A stretch of DNA of 64,000 bases. Origin: Nitrospinota bacterium (GTDB taxonomy: Bacteria > Nitrospinota > Nitrospinia > Nitrospinales > VA-1). Position 1 is the first letter of the stretch. Each line of letters begins with the position of its first letter. Where the stretch lies: NCBI GenBank assembly GCA_028345515.1, contig JAOMDP010000001.1, positions 53,318 through 117,317 of the forward strand. Direction: 5' to 3'. Positions 9,544 through 19,204 of the stretch are shown here, piece by piece. The translations under genes were made by a program, and so were the position numbers. The notes beneath the pieces were generated by a model that was not told the DNA's origin, searched no databases, and was given only the letters and a program-made list of their open reading frames with translations.

Positions 9544-11139
9544 ATGTTTCGAATTTTTACTTTAATAATGATTTTCCTTTTTTTTAATACAGAAAAATAT
9601 ACATATGCTTCAAATTCCTCTGGACAATTAGGATCCATTGATTTTTCTACTTCAGTTTCAGGAACCGCACAAAAACATTTCCTGCATGGTGTCGCAGCAT
9701 TGCACTCATTTTGGTATACAGAAGCTTTAAGTTCCTTTAAAAAATCCGTCGCTTTAGATCCCGAATTTGCGATGGGTTATTGGGGTCTTGCTATGGCACA
9801 TAACCATCCTCTCTGGGAGGAACAGGATTACCAATCTGCGAAAGCTGCTCTTTCAAAAATTAATAATTTTTCAAAATTAACACAGAGGGAACAGGATTAC
9901 ATTCATGCAATTCGCTTACTCTATGGCAAAGGAGGAAAACATACCCGTGATAAAGCTTATTCGAAAGCTATGAAAAAAATATATCACAATTACCCGAATG
10001 ACCTTGAGGCAGCATGTTTTTATAGCCTTTCCATATTAGGTGTCGCGAGAAACACCGTTAATAAACTTAGACTTCAAGTTGAAGCAGGATCTATTGCACT
10101 AGAAGTATTCCAAAAAAATCCGAATCATCCTTGTGCTGCACATTATTCAATTCATGCATTTGATCACCCTGATTTGGCCCGGCTTGCCTTACCTTCTGCC
10201 AAACGTTATTCCAAAATCGCACCGGCATCGCACCATGCTCAGCATATGTCTGCCCACATTTTTGTTCAACTTGGCATGTGGGCGGATGCCGTCGACTCTA
10301 ATACAAATGGGTGGAAGACTTCTGTTGATTGGGTCGAAAATAAAAATCTGCCCTTAAGCAAACGGGATTACCATAGTCTGCAATGGCTACACTACTCTTT
10401 ATTACAACAAGGGCTGATTGATCAGGCTGCGATTATTTTTGCTATACAACAAAAGGATATGGTAGAGGGGATACAAGCTAAATCTAATTTGCGAGCCGGA
10501 AAATATTATTATCGCATGCTGACGGCTTCTTTTATTGAAACTGAAAACTGGGAAATTATAGAAAAGTATCCACCACCTGATGGGTGGAAACCTAAGAGTT
10601 TTTCGGAAGCCGGCTATCGTTTCGCTCTTGGATTCTCTGCCGCCATGCAAGGAAAAGTCGAAGAAGCGAACAAATATCTTTTAGAGTTAAAGGCTATCCG
10701 TAAAAAAGATTTTAGAAAGAATCATTACAAGCGCATTGAATATCTGAAAGTGTGGGAATTAGAAATTCAAACAGCGATCAAGCTATACCAAAAAGATTTT
10801 GCAACAGCAATAAAGCTAGCAAAACAAGCCATCCTTTTAGAAGAAAAATTACCCTCGCCTTCAGGTCCGCCGAGAATTTTAAAACCTACTTATGAATTTC
10901 TGGGTGAAGTATATTTGAAGGCAGGAAAACCAATTGAGGCTGATGAAAATTTTTCCATCTCCCTATTACGACATCCTAATAGAATTCGCTCGCTAATAGG
11001 TTCAGCACGGGCAGCGAATGCAAAAGGAGATAAAAAAACCGCTAAAGAAAAGTACCATCAACTTTTTGTTCAGTTAGAAAATGCAACACCTGATTTTCCA
11101 GAATTGAAAGAGGCTAAAGAGTTTTTGCAAAGAAACTGA
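9544..11139 (+). CDS. Secreted helical-repeat (TPR-like) protein, unknown function
   Basis: N-terminal signal peptide and TPR-like helical content throughout. I do not recognise a catalytic motif. Confidence 0.5.
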   Translation: MFRIFTLIMIFLFFNTEKYTYASNSSGQLGSIDFSTSVSGTAQKHFLHGVAALHSFWYTEALSSFKKSVALDPEFAMGYWGLAMAHNHPLWEEQDYQSAKAALSKINNFSKLTQREQDYIHAIRLLYGKGGKHTRDKAYSKAMKKIYHNYPNDLEAACFYSLSILGVARNTVNKLRLQVEAGSIALEVFQKNPNHPCAAHYSIHAFDHPDLARLALPSAKRYSKIAPASHHAQHMSAHIFVQLGMWADAVDSNTNGWKTSVDWVENKNLPLSKRDYHSLQWLHYSLLQQGLIDQAAIIFAIQQKDMVEGIQAKSNLRAGKYYYRMLTASFIETENWEIIEKYPPPDGWKPKSFSEAGYRFALGFSAAMQGKVEEANKYLLELKAIRKKDFRKNHYKRIEYLKVWELEIQTAIKLYQKDFATAIKLAKQAILLEEKLPSPSGPPRILKPTYEFLGEVYLKAGKPIEADENFSISLLRHPNRIRSLIGSARAANAKGDKKTAKEKYHQLFVQLENATPDFPELKEAKEFLQRN

Positions 11140-11223
11140 AACCTAAACTTTTAACGAATTTTAAGAAGTTTTGTAGTATTCGATAAGGACTTTCTGCCTT
11201 GTTGCACTTGAACTACAAAAGCG

Positions 11224-11412
11224 TCAGTTTTTAAAAGGTGATTCCATTTCCTGTGTAACTTCTGCTCCATCCTTAACGATCCATATTCCAAACTTATATG
11301 TACCCCAAGCAACAAACGCAAGAAATAAAATGATCAAAATTAATTCCATTCCACCCAGTTTTGCAGGAGTAGCTTTTTCCTCATTATGGATATCAGGATT
11401 TTCTATTGTCAT
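11224..11412 (-). CDS. Small single-pass membrane protein
   Basis: 62 aa with one hydrophobic helix (LILIILFLAFVAWGTYKFGIWIV). It starts 4 nt after the Sel1 gene stop. Confidence 0.4.
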   Translation of the reverse strand: MTIENPDIHNEEKATPAKLGGMELILIILFLAFVAWGTYKFGIWIVKDGAEVTQEMESPFKN

Positions 11413-11415
11413 GAT

Positions 11416-11802
11416 TCAAGGTTTTTGCAACCAATCCTTTGCTAACTTACGTGCTTTTAAAATCTGATCACTACTCATTTGGCGTTCTACGAAAATACGA
11501 TTCTTCTTTCCTGCCTCCTGTCCCAGCTTCTCCGAGATTAACAACCATTTATCGGCCTGCACAATATTTTTTTCAACACCCGTTCCCTTAAAATACATCA
11601 TGCCTAGTATCAATTGAGCTGCAGCCTGACCTTTTTCTGCCAGAGGTACTAACATCTTATAAGCAGTTTCAAAATCTCCATCGTTTACAGTTGTTACCGC
11701 ATCCTGAAATTCATCCGCCTTTACAAAACTTGGGGAGACGATCCCGGATAATACAAATAACGTTAATATCAAAGTTCTAAGATTTAAAATTAATCGGATC
11801 AT
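11416..11802 (-). CDS. Sel1-repeat (SLR) protein, secreted
   Basis: AAQLILGMMYFKGTGVEKNIVQADKWLLIS is a Sel1 repeat. Start trimmed to the ATG at 11802, which gives a signal peptide. Confidence 0.65.
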   Translation of the reverse strand: MIRLILNLRTLILTLFVLSGIVSPSFVKADEFQDAVTTVNDGDFETAYKMLVPLAEKGQAAAQLILGMMYFKGTGVEKNIVQADKWLLISEKLGQEAGKKNRIFVERQMSSDQILKARKLAKDWLQKP

Positions 11803-11909
11803 ATTTATTTGTATGAAAAAATCCACCCAGGGGAGCTGAGTGGATTTTAAAGAGGTAATCACCTTTAAAGGGCCATCACCAAGAAGTGATCCTCCCCCCT
11901 ACCTCCAAA

Positions 11910-12104
11910 TCAACTTGTTTTTTTTTCTATACCTTTGATTATCGAATTTCCTTTAGGAGCATGGTTTCTTAAATGCTCGCGCACCAACATCACGGCATGA
12001 TTATCATCCATTGCCTTAATGAAAATGCTAAAATCATCTTCTGTCTTATCTTCTTCATTTATTAAAACACCTTTTATTTTGAAATTATACTCTTTAGGTG
12101 GCAT
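11910..12104 (-). CDS. Hypothetical protein (64 aa)
   Basis: ORF only; no recognisable motif. Confidence 0.3.
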   Translation of the reverse strand: MPPKEYNFKIKGVLINEEDKTEDDFSIFIKAMDDNHAVMLVREHLRNHAPKGNSIIKGIEKKTS

Positions 12105-12182
12105 TGTATTCTCAGTTTGATTTAAAGCTCTATTATATAAAATCTACCGAAACCATAAAACTATCTATTTAAATATTTTTTA

Positions 12183-12698
12183 ATGCAGGATGGAAAAAAC
12201 TTCAGGATAGCTATTCGAATGCCAGAAGTATTTTATGTGCTTCGAAACCATGAATCGAAAGAACCAGATCGATTTGAAGTAGAATCGGAGTTGATAAAAA
12301 TACATCTATCGGATGAAGTGGTTCCTGTTTCTTCAGAAGTACAATTGGGTAGAGAGCAAATAGACACTCTTTGTAGAATACTTAATTCTAAATTTACCAC
12401 CGAAACAAAAAATATCTCGTCCTTTAAAAATTATATTTTTAATCTGGAATCCTCATCAAGGAAATCATCATTACTGGAGGTAAAAAAATACCTGCAGGAA
12501 ATGAGAAAACTGGAAAAAACTTATAAGGGCGATAATTTATCCAGTTTTTTCCTCAATCACTGGTATGAAAAGGGCGAGGACTTTTATTTTATACTGAAAA
12601 GTATTGATCTTACTGGGATTAGGGTGGTCCAAGACAGTAGCTTAAGAGAAAACCTCACTGATGAGCAAAAAATTGATATTTTTCTTGAAACCTATTGA
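12183..12698 (+). CDS. Hypothetical protein (171 aa)
   Basis: ORF only; divergent from the 64-aa ORF. Confidence 0.35.
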   Translation: MQDGKNFRIAIRMPEVFYVLRNHESKEPDRFEVESELIKIHLSDEVVPVSSEVQLGREQIDTLCRILNSKFTTETKNISSFKNYIFNLESSSRKSSLLEVKKYLQEMRKLEKTYKGDNLSSFFLNHWYEKGEDFYFILKSIDLTGIRVVQDSSLRENLTDEQKIDIFLETY

Positions 12699-12808
12699 AA
12701 ATTTTGGTGAATCTGAAAACAAAAATACAATTGACTTCAATAACTTCGGAGTTTATTTTTACTGAACAAGATTTGCTTATTTACAACATTTAAATGGAGT
12801 TCTTAATA

Positions 12809-13483
12809 ATGAAGAAGCTCCTCAAGATCGTAGTAATTTTTGCATCTCTCTTGGTTTTTTTTGTCAGCCATTCCGTCCAAGCTAATACTAAGACTTGTAT
12901 CCAACTGCTCCAGCCTATTGATAATCAGGTTGCCAGCGTCAAAGCTCAAGGAGGAGTTTGGGAAGCTTTCGAAAAAAGAGAGCACTTTAGAAATTTTTCC
13001 ACAGTAGCTCTTCTTCTCGACCAAAAAGCTATCGCCCTTATTTACACGCTCGACTATGTTTGCACTGCTTTAAATCGAATTCCTCGCAATGATGTCTCTA
13101 ATTATATTTTGCCCCTTTGGCGTGAAAAAGGAGAAAAAGAATTCATCAAATACCAAACAGGCGGTTATGGGTATGCTCTGGAAGAAGTAATGACCTGGGT
13201 AGAGTACGCAAAATATTATGAAAAGAATTATCAGCGTAAACTCGACTTTTCAAAGGTTCGTGAAACCATGAAAAAATCTCAACCCCTAGTAGATCGATTT
13301 GTTAATATAGTCCACAAAGTCAGGAAAACCAACAAAGTAAAAGAGGTTGTTGAAGAATCCAAAACTTTAATAATCGAATTCGCCAAGCTCCATGAAGAAG
13401 ATACTATTCTTAAACAGGCAAATAATGAGAATGCCGCAATTCCCCATGCTTCAACACTTACTGAATCTGCGGATGAAATGTAA
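12809..13483 (+). CDS. Secreted hypothetical protein
   Basis: A signal peptide (MKKLLKIVVIFASLLVFFVSHSVQA) appears when the ORF is started at the ATG at 12809; GGAG lies upstream. Confidence 0.4.
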   Translation: MKKLLKIVVIFASLLVFFVSHSVQANTKTCIQLLQPIDNQVASVKAQGGVWEAFEKREHFRNFSTVALLLDQKAIALIYTLDYVCTALNRIPRNDVSNYILPLWREKGEKEFIKYQTGGYGYALEEVMTWVEYAKYYEKNYQRKLDFSKVRETMKKSQPLVDRFVNIVHKVRKTNKVKEVVEESKTLIIEFAKLHEEDTILKQANNENAAIPHASTLTESADEM

Positions 13484-13489
13484 AGATAG

Positions 13490-13783
13490 ATGACTGAAAT
13501 TCAATGCACTAAATGTAAAACTTTTATTGCACGGTATACGGGCTCCGGTAAACTAGACTTATTGTTTCTGGACACAGTTATAAAACCCACTGCGTTGGCT
13601 GAGTTGAAAACTTCAAGTAAGGACAACCTACCTTTCCTTCTTTGTCATGAATGCGGACGTAAGCTGGGCAAACCGACCACCAATAAAATAGGGCGGCTTG
13701 CTTATAAAATGGTCAAAGGTTCGTTTCGAAAAAAGGGTGTCATTAAAGCCATGACCCCCAGTCCACACACTAGTTGGCGCTAA
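13490..13783 (+). CDS. Small zinc-ribbon protein (CxxC ... CxxC)
   Basis: CTKC near the N-terminus and CHEC mid-protein, with a basic C-terminus. It starts 7 nt after the previous stop. Confidence 0.4.
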   Translation: MTEIQCTKCKTFIARYTGSGKLDLLFLDTVIKPTALAELKTSSKDNLPFLLCHECGRKLGKPTTNKIGRLAYKMVKGSFRKKGVIKAMTPSPHTSWR

Positions 13784-13885
13784 TGCTGACGACGCTAACG
13801 GAAATCGGTCAATCAGAGGCATTTTTAGTCTGGCATTGGTTGGGGTAGGCTCGATCAATTTTAATAAAACAAACGTACATACTAA

Positions 13886-14005
13886 ATGAGTAAAAGCTCA
13901 AAAATTGTTCTAGCCATTCTTGCTGTTTTAATAGTTACCTTGTTTTATCTGATGTGGAAAGGCCTTGGTGGCGAACCCATCATAGCTCCTCGAGCTCCTC
14001 TTTAG
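13886..14005 (+). CDS. Possible 39-aa single-pass membrane peptide (not in ORF track)
   Basis: Hand translation: MSKSSKIVLAILAVLIVTLFYLMWKGLGGEPIIAPRAPL. It has one hydrophobic helix and no clear Shine-Dalgarno sequence. Confidence 0.2.
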   Translation: MSKSSKIVLAILAVLIVTLFYLMWKGLGGEPIIAPRAPL

Positions 14006-14102
14006 ATCCGTAAGGAGATATTTGCATAATATTTAAAATTGTGCGCTCAGCAACCCCTCAATTAATCAATAGGTTTCATTTCTCTCTATTTATTTTATAT
14101 TT

Positions 14103-14522
14103 TTGGCCATCAAGTCTGTATTTGTAAATACCGAAAACTTATATATGGAACACGTTAACCAGGTTGTTAATTTTTTGAGCAGACTTACGGAAGCAGAAAA
14201 GAAACAAGCCAATGCAGTAACCGGTGGGAATTTTGAAAAATTACTTGTTGAGTCTAAAGTAATACAAACAACTTTTGCTGAAAAAAATTGGACCAAAAGC
14301 TCCATAAATAAGCTTGAGAATTTTCGTACCTACGACATTAGAAATATCTTTTTTTTGCAGCAAAAAATGGAAAAGAAAAATCAGCTTCAAATATTTGATA
14401 AGGACACTCCTTTTGATCTTAAAAAATTAAGAAGAGATTCTACCATCCACCTTAAGATACCTACCTTTTTGGAAAAACGGTTTGAGCCCTTTGGACCAAC
14501 CCTAATCAGCAAATTTATATAA
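14103..14522 (+). CDS. Hypothetical protein (139 aa)
   Basis: ORF only. Confidence 0.3.
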   Translation: MAIKSVFVNTENLYMEHVNQVVNFLSRLTEAEKKQANAVTGGNFEKLLVESKVIQTTFAEKNWTKSSINKLENFRTYDIRNIFFLQQKMEKKNQLQIFDKDTPFDLKKLRRDSTIHLKIPTFLEKRFEPFGPTLISKFI

Positions 14523-14608
14523 GTAGAATTTAAAAGGCATTATACCGAGCGATTTCTAAAGTATTTTGATACTCATCTAGCCTTAAATTTTATTTTCTTT
14601 ACACATGA

Positions 14609-15412
14609 CTATAATTGGATTTCTATTTCACTTGCCGTCCAAGCCATAGATTCATTTGCTCCGCCTGCAAAACCCAATTTACTGACAACTATAATGCCGA
14701 AGGCAGTAGGTTTTTTAAACCAGTCAATTACCGTGGGTACGATAGATTTTGGATCCATCCCTTGTTCAATAAGTTGATAAGCGCGAAATGCAGTCATCTG
14801 CATTGCAATTGCTTCTCCATCCCCTGTCGCTGCAACGGCACCTTCGGATCCTGAATAGAGCCCACAGCCTATTAATGGAACATCACCAACGCGGCCTGGT
14901 ATGGCATCATCGATACCTCCTGTACTAAGTGCTGCTGCAAACTGGTCGCCGTCACGTATTACGCAACCCACGGTGTCGGTGGTTGAAAAATCTTTTCCGG
15001 TATTGGCGATTTCGTCTTGAGAAACCGTTTTACAGCCTTGGTTCAAAGCAAATTCTGCTGCACCTGCTCCCGCCAATACTCGATACTCCGATTGACTAAC
15101 TATACGGGCAACTTGAACAGGATTCCTGAAACCTTCCAGCGAGGCAACGGCTCCAAAGCTACCCGAACTATCCATGCAAGACGCATCCATTTGTACTGTT
15201 CCATCAATGCGGCGATGAGAACCCACTCCTGCATTGAAACGGCTATCATCTTCAAGTACTGAAACTGCACTGCAAGCTGCATCCAGAACCGATTCGCCAG
15301 TTTGCAGTCCCATTATTCCAATTTGACCCGCAACTGCAGTACCATCAGCGTGGGCAGAGTCTGATCCTGCTCCACCGTGCGTTAAAATTACGACCTTTTT
15401 TTTAACTGTCAT
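14609..15412 (-). CDS. Isoaspartyl peptidase / L-asparaginase (Ntn hydrolase, asparaginase_2 family)
   Basis: HGGAG near the N-terminus, the autoprocessing region DTVGCV, and GTGDGE-like ATGDGE. The ATG at 15412 is used; the track start is a TTG. Confidence 0.85.
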   Translation of the reverse strand: MTVKKKVVILTHGGAGSDSAHADGTAVAGQIGIMGLQTGESVLDAACSAVSVLEDDSRFNAGVGSHRRIDGTVQMDASCMDSSGSFGAVASLEGFRNPVQVARIVSQSEYRVLAGAGAAEFALNQGCKTVSQDEIANTGKDFSTTDTVGCVIRDGDQFAAALSTGGIDDAIPGRVGDVPLIGCGLYSGSEGAVAATGDGEAIAMQMTAFRAYQLIEQGMDPKSIVPTVIDWFKKPTAFGIIVVSKLGFAGGANESMAWTASEIEIQL

Positions 15413-15500
15413 AGTGCTTTTCAAGACAAAGAGACCAATAGTTGTAGCGTTATTATAAATGAGGTATTCTAAAGGCCAACCAAAAAAAACACATTAACCA

Positions 15501-15884
15501 ATGGTCAAGTTTTGTCTACAGTGTAAAAATGCCTTCTGGGGAGGCCAATATTGCCCGAAATGTGAAGGTGAAATTGAGTTGCTTGATGCTGCCTTGCCTG
15601 AGAATAAAAAATACCTTCCTGAGCTAAATATTGATGTGCGGCCTAAATATTATGCCCGCAGCTCAATGTTGCTGTCTTGTTTCGGGTTTGTCATGGCACT
15701 TCCGCTTGGCGCGTTTATCTTCCTCCGAGGAATATCTTCTAGCGACAATTTGATGCTCTGGTCTTCCATCGGATTAGGCACGGTTGGTATCGTCTCCTGG
15801 GGCTGCTGGTATCTTGCCCACCGACTCTTCGACAAACAAATGGAAGATGTCGAAACCGAAAATAAAGAACCTCAACTTGACTAG
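15501..15884 (+). CDS. Zinc-ribbon membrane protein
   Basis: N-terminal CLQC...CPKC followed by two hydrophobic helices. Confidence 0.45.
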   Translation: MVKFCLQCKNAFWGGQYCPKCEGEIELLDAALPENKKYLPELNIDVRPKYYARSSMLLSCFGFVMALPLGAFIFLRGISSSDNLMLWSSIGLGTVGIVSWGCWYLAHRLFDKQMEDVETENKEPQLD

Positions 15885-16307
15885 CAGGGAAAATTCTTAA
15901 ACCTATTGGTCGTTAGGTTTTTAAGGAAATAAAATATTTTTTGCCTCGGGAAATAAATATTATCTTAGCCCCTCGCCAAGACAGCTTTCATGATTATTAT
16001 CCGCACCTTCTTACCTTTAATTGAGCGAGCAACAATTAAATGAGAAGTTGTGTAATTTACCTAAAACGAAAGATTACGACCATTCCCTCACCCTAGAATC
16101 AAATTGTTTTTTAAGGCTTTTTCAAAAAATGTTAAATTATAACCTTGTTTTTAAAGCAATTCTAAAATATAGACAAAAAACTAAAATTTGTTTAGATTTT
16201 AGTTGAAATTTCTAAAATATTGTCTAGAATATTAATTATATGAAGTTATGGTTTTACCTATCTTCAAAATACAAGGGGTCACAATTGATGTGACTAATGG
16301 AGACAAA

Positions 16308-16832
16308 ATGGAAAATAACAAGCAAGCAGTAATTCTTATAGGGCATGGAGGACTACCGAACGATATACCCAAAAATATTGTTGAGGATTTTATGAAAATC
16401 CATAAACAGAGAATCCGAACGGGCATTGATATTACTTCAAAGGAAATCGAATTGGATTCTACAATCAGAAACTGGGAAAGAACTCCTGAATCGGATCCTT
16501 ATAAATCTGGCCTAGAAAAACTGGCCAATCATCTTGCTCCTCAATTAGAAGGTTTTATTTTAAAAACAGCCTATAACGAATTTTGTTATCCATCAATTGA
16601 GCAAGCTGCTGATGAACTGGTAAATGAAAATGTTACAGAAGTCATCCTGATAACCACCATGATAACCCCGGGAGGTTCTCACTCTGAAAAAGAAATACCA
16701 GAGGAAGTTGATGACCTTCGAAAAAAATATCCAAAAATTAGTTTCCAATACGCATGGCCCTATGATCTAGATATTTTTGCAAATCTTTTATCTGGTCATA
16801 TTAAAAGGTTTACTAAAACATCAGCTATATAA
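16308..16832 (+). CDS. CbiX/SirB-like chelatase-family protein
   Basis: AVILIGHG near the N-terminus and TPGGSHSEKEIP (the G-x-H ... IP motif of CbiX). Start set at the ATG at 16308. Confidence 0.5.
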   Translation: MENNKQAVILIGHGGLPNDIPKNIVEDFMKIHKQRIRTGIDITSKEIELDSTIRNWERTPESDPYKSGLEKLANHLAPQLEGFILKTAYNEFCYPSIEQAADELVNENVTEVILITTMITPGGSHSEKEIPEEVDDLRKKYPKISFQYAWPYDLDIFANLLSGHIKRFTKTSAI

Positions 16833-16850
16833 AGTTGTAAAGGTAGAAAC

Positions 16851-17378
16851 ATGTTCATACTAAAATATTTTTATAAATACGCGAATTTGTTGAAGTTGCG
16901 AAACTTGGCTTTAAATATAACCCTTGCCGTAATTTTTAGCTTTGCAGGATTTCTTCCATTGTTAATTTCGTCAGGATATGCACTGGGGTGGCAGGATGAA
17001 GAATGGACTAAAGCAGGTTGTCCAAATAATGTTTCAGGCAGGTGGGCAGTTGATAATCCTGTAAACAAAAATTTAAAATCAATGTCTTTCAATAAAAGAG
17101 AAATCACTTATACCTCTCAAAACAATGAGACTCAAAAGTTTGCAATTATTAAATCCTCTTATGTGAAAGAAAACCAATTTGTAAAAATCAAAATTAAACC
17201 ATTAAATAATCAAAAACACAGCATTATTAAAATCCGTCCCCATTTAGTGCATATTGATTCAAAAAGAAAAAAAGAGGTTTCAAGCTGCATGATAAAGGTA
17301 TTTAGTTTTCATACAGAAAAACACGCACAAACCAATAGATATTCCGGCTGGAATATTTTTAGATTAATAAAATATTAA
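16851..17378 (+). CDS. Hypothetical membrane-anchored protein
   Basis: N-terminal hydrophobic segment; otherwise no motif. Confidence 0.35.
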   Translation: MFILKYFYKYANLLKLRNLALNITLAVIFSFAGFLPLLISSGYALGWQDEEWTKAGCPNNVSGRWAVDNPVNKNLKSMSFNKREITYTSQNNETQKFAIIKSSYVKENQFVKIKIKPLNNQKHSIIKIRPHLVHIDSKRKKEVSSCMIKVFSFHTEKHAQTNRYSGWNIFRLIKY

Positions 17379-17414
17379 TTAGGTTTAGTGTGCCTTAGAA
17401 GAGGTGGACAGCCT

Positions 17415-17741
17415 ATGGCTTATGAATGTAAAGTTTACGATAAAAATGGGAAGCTTAAAAAAATAGTAAAGGAAAGTCAGATAACTAAATCCGGAAAAGA
17501 AATTTTCAACCAACCTTCTACAAAAAAAATCAGTTCTTTCATAAAAAGTTTTAAAGAACCTAATATAGAGATAAATAAGGGTACAAAATTCTACAATAAA
17601 ATATGCGTAGTTTGTAATACCGAATTTTATCCGAGACATCCCAATTCAAAATATTGCTCACATGAATGCCAAAAAAATTTGTATCTTGAAAAGAAAAAAG
17701 CAGAAAAAAAAAGCAGAAAAAAAAAGGGAAATCCCGGTTAA
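17415..17741 (+). CDS. Small basic protein with FCS-type zinc finger; N-terminal module shared with the ORF at 52310
   Basis: The ATG at 17415 is preceded by GAGGTGG. The N-terminus is MAYECKVYDKNGKLKKIV. CVVC...YCSHEC resembles a YacG/zf-FCS zinc ribbon. The tail is Lys-rich. Confidence 0.45.
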   Translation: MAYECKVYDKNGKLKKIVKESQITKSGKEIFNQPSTKKISSFIKSFKEPNIEINKGTKFYNKICVVCNTEFYPRHPNSKYCSHECQKNLYLEKKKAEKKSRKKKGNPG

Positions 17742-17845
17742 TACTTTCGGGGTTGGGAGTTTCTCAGGTTTTTAGATTTGTCGTCTGTACAAAAATTTAA
17801 AAACCAGAGAACCGGGATTTCCCGTTATTTCGTATATCCAAAAAA

Positions 17846-19114
17846 TTAACTCCTCCCTCGGGAACCAATATCTTTTCTATAGTGGACACCTCTCCAATTA
17901 ACCTTACCAACAGCATCATATGCCCTTTGGATCGCACTTTCCGTGTTTGCTCCGGTAGCAGTGACACCTAGAACTCGACCGCCATTGGTTAGTACCTTTC
18001 CGTCTTTTTCTTTAGTTCCTGCATGAAATACGACCACTTCAGGAGTGGAGTTCGCATTTTGCAATCCTGAAATAATTTCTCCTTTTTGATAAGTACCAGG
18101 ATACCCTTCGGCAGTCATCACCACACATACAGAAGATTTATTTTTCCAATTAACTTGGCATTGGCCCAAAGTTCCGTCAATACAAGCTTCAAATAAGGGA
18201 ATAATATCGGTTTCCATCCTAACCATGAGCGGTTGTGTTTCTGGATCACCAAAACGGGCATTGAACTCAAGAATCTGGGGACCAGTTTTAGTCAACATTA
18301 AACCTGCATAAAGAATTCCCTTGTAAGTTCGGCCTTCCTGTTGCATGGCTCGAACCATGGGCAACATAATTTTATCGCGAACTTTTTGCCGCATTAATTC
18401 AGTAAAAACTGGTGCCGGGGAATAGGCACCCATACCTCCTGTATTAGGCCCAATATCTCCATCATAAACTGCTTTATGGTCTTGAGCCGAATCCATCAGC
18501 AAAACCGTTTGCCCATCGCTAAAAGCCAGAACCGAAATTTCTTGTCCTTCAAGAAACTCCTCAACAACAATTTGATCACCGGCTTCTCCGAACAACCTCT
18601 GCCTCATAATTGTATCAACAGCAACAAGAGCCTCCCTGGAAGATCTGCATAGCAACACCCCCTTACCCGCTGCAAGCCCATTGGCTTTTACAACAAGTGG
18701 GCAGTTTTTGGCTTGGATATATTTTGTGGCACTTTCGGCAGAGATAAAAATTTTATATTCTGCGGTAGGAAGTCCATATTTTTGCATAATATCTTTTGAA
18801 AAAGATTTACTACCTTCTAATTCTGCTGCACTCGCACTAGGGCCGAAAATGCGCAGCCCCTTTACCTCAAATCGATCTACGATCCCCATTACAAGAGGTT
18901 GTTCTGGACCAACCACCGTCAACCCAATTTCTTTCTTCATGGCAAACTGCAACAAACCTTCTATATCGTCTGCCGCGATAGGAATGTTATCAGCAAATTC
19001 ACTTGTTCCTGCGTTACCCGGTGCACAAAAAATTTTTTCTACTTTTGGACTCTGTTTTATCTTCCAAACCAATGCATGTTCGCGTCCACCACTTCCAATA
19101 ACCAAAACCCGCAT
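17846..19114 (-). CDS. purD: Phosphoribosylamine--glycine ligase
   Basis: MRVLVIGSGGREHAL start, ATP-grasp motifs, 422 aa. Confidence 0.95.
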   Translation of the reverse strand: MRVLVIGSGGREHALVWKIKQSPKVEKIFCAPGNAGTSEFADNIPIAADDIEGLLQFAMKKEIGLTVVGPEQPLVMGIVDRFEVKGLRIFGPSASAAELEGSKSFSKDIMQKYGLPTAEYKIFISAESATKYIQAKNCPLVVKANGLAAGKGVLLCRSSREALVAVDTIMRQRLFGEAGDQIVVEEFLEGQEISVLAFSDGQTVLLMDSAQDHKAVYDGDIGPNTGGMGAYSPAPVFTELMRQKVRDKIMLPMVRAMQQEGRTYKGILYAGLMLTKTGPQILEFNARFGDPETQPLMVRMETDIIPLFEACIDGTLGQCQVNWKNKSSVCVVMTAEGYPGTYQKGEIISGLQNANSTPEVVVFHAGTKEKDGKVLTNGGRVLGVTATGANTESAIQRAYDAVGKVNWRGVHYRKDIGSRGRS

Positions 19115-19204
19115 ATTCTCTCCCTAGAATCCATGTATAATTACCTAGAGAATTTATATAAAATGCCTTCGTGTTGCAACTCTGTTTCCTTCGAATCGAC
19201 TAAA

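Noticed and set aside
17695-17730. Two A9 homopolymer tracts (GCAGAAAAAAAAA x2) as phase-variation or frameshift sites
   Set aside because: They encode the Lys-rich tail of a small basic protein in an AT-rich genome. There is no alternative-frame ORF of note downstream.
18899-19204. N-terminal 102 codons of the 459-aa ORF 18899..20278
   Set aside because: This part runs antisense through purD and has no ABC-like sequence. The canonical ABC start MLKLESVSKSF begins at 19205.
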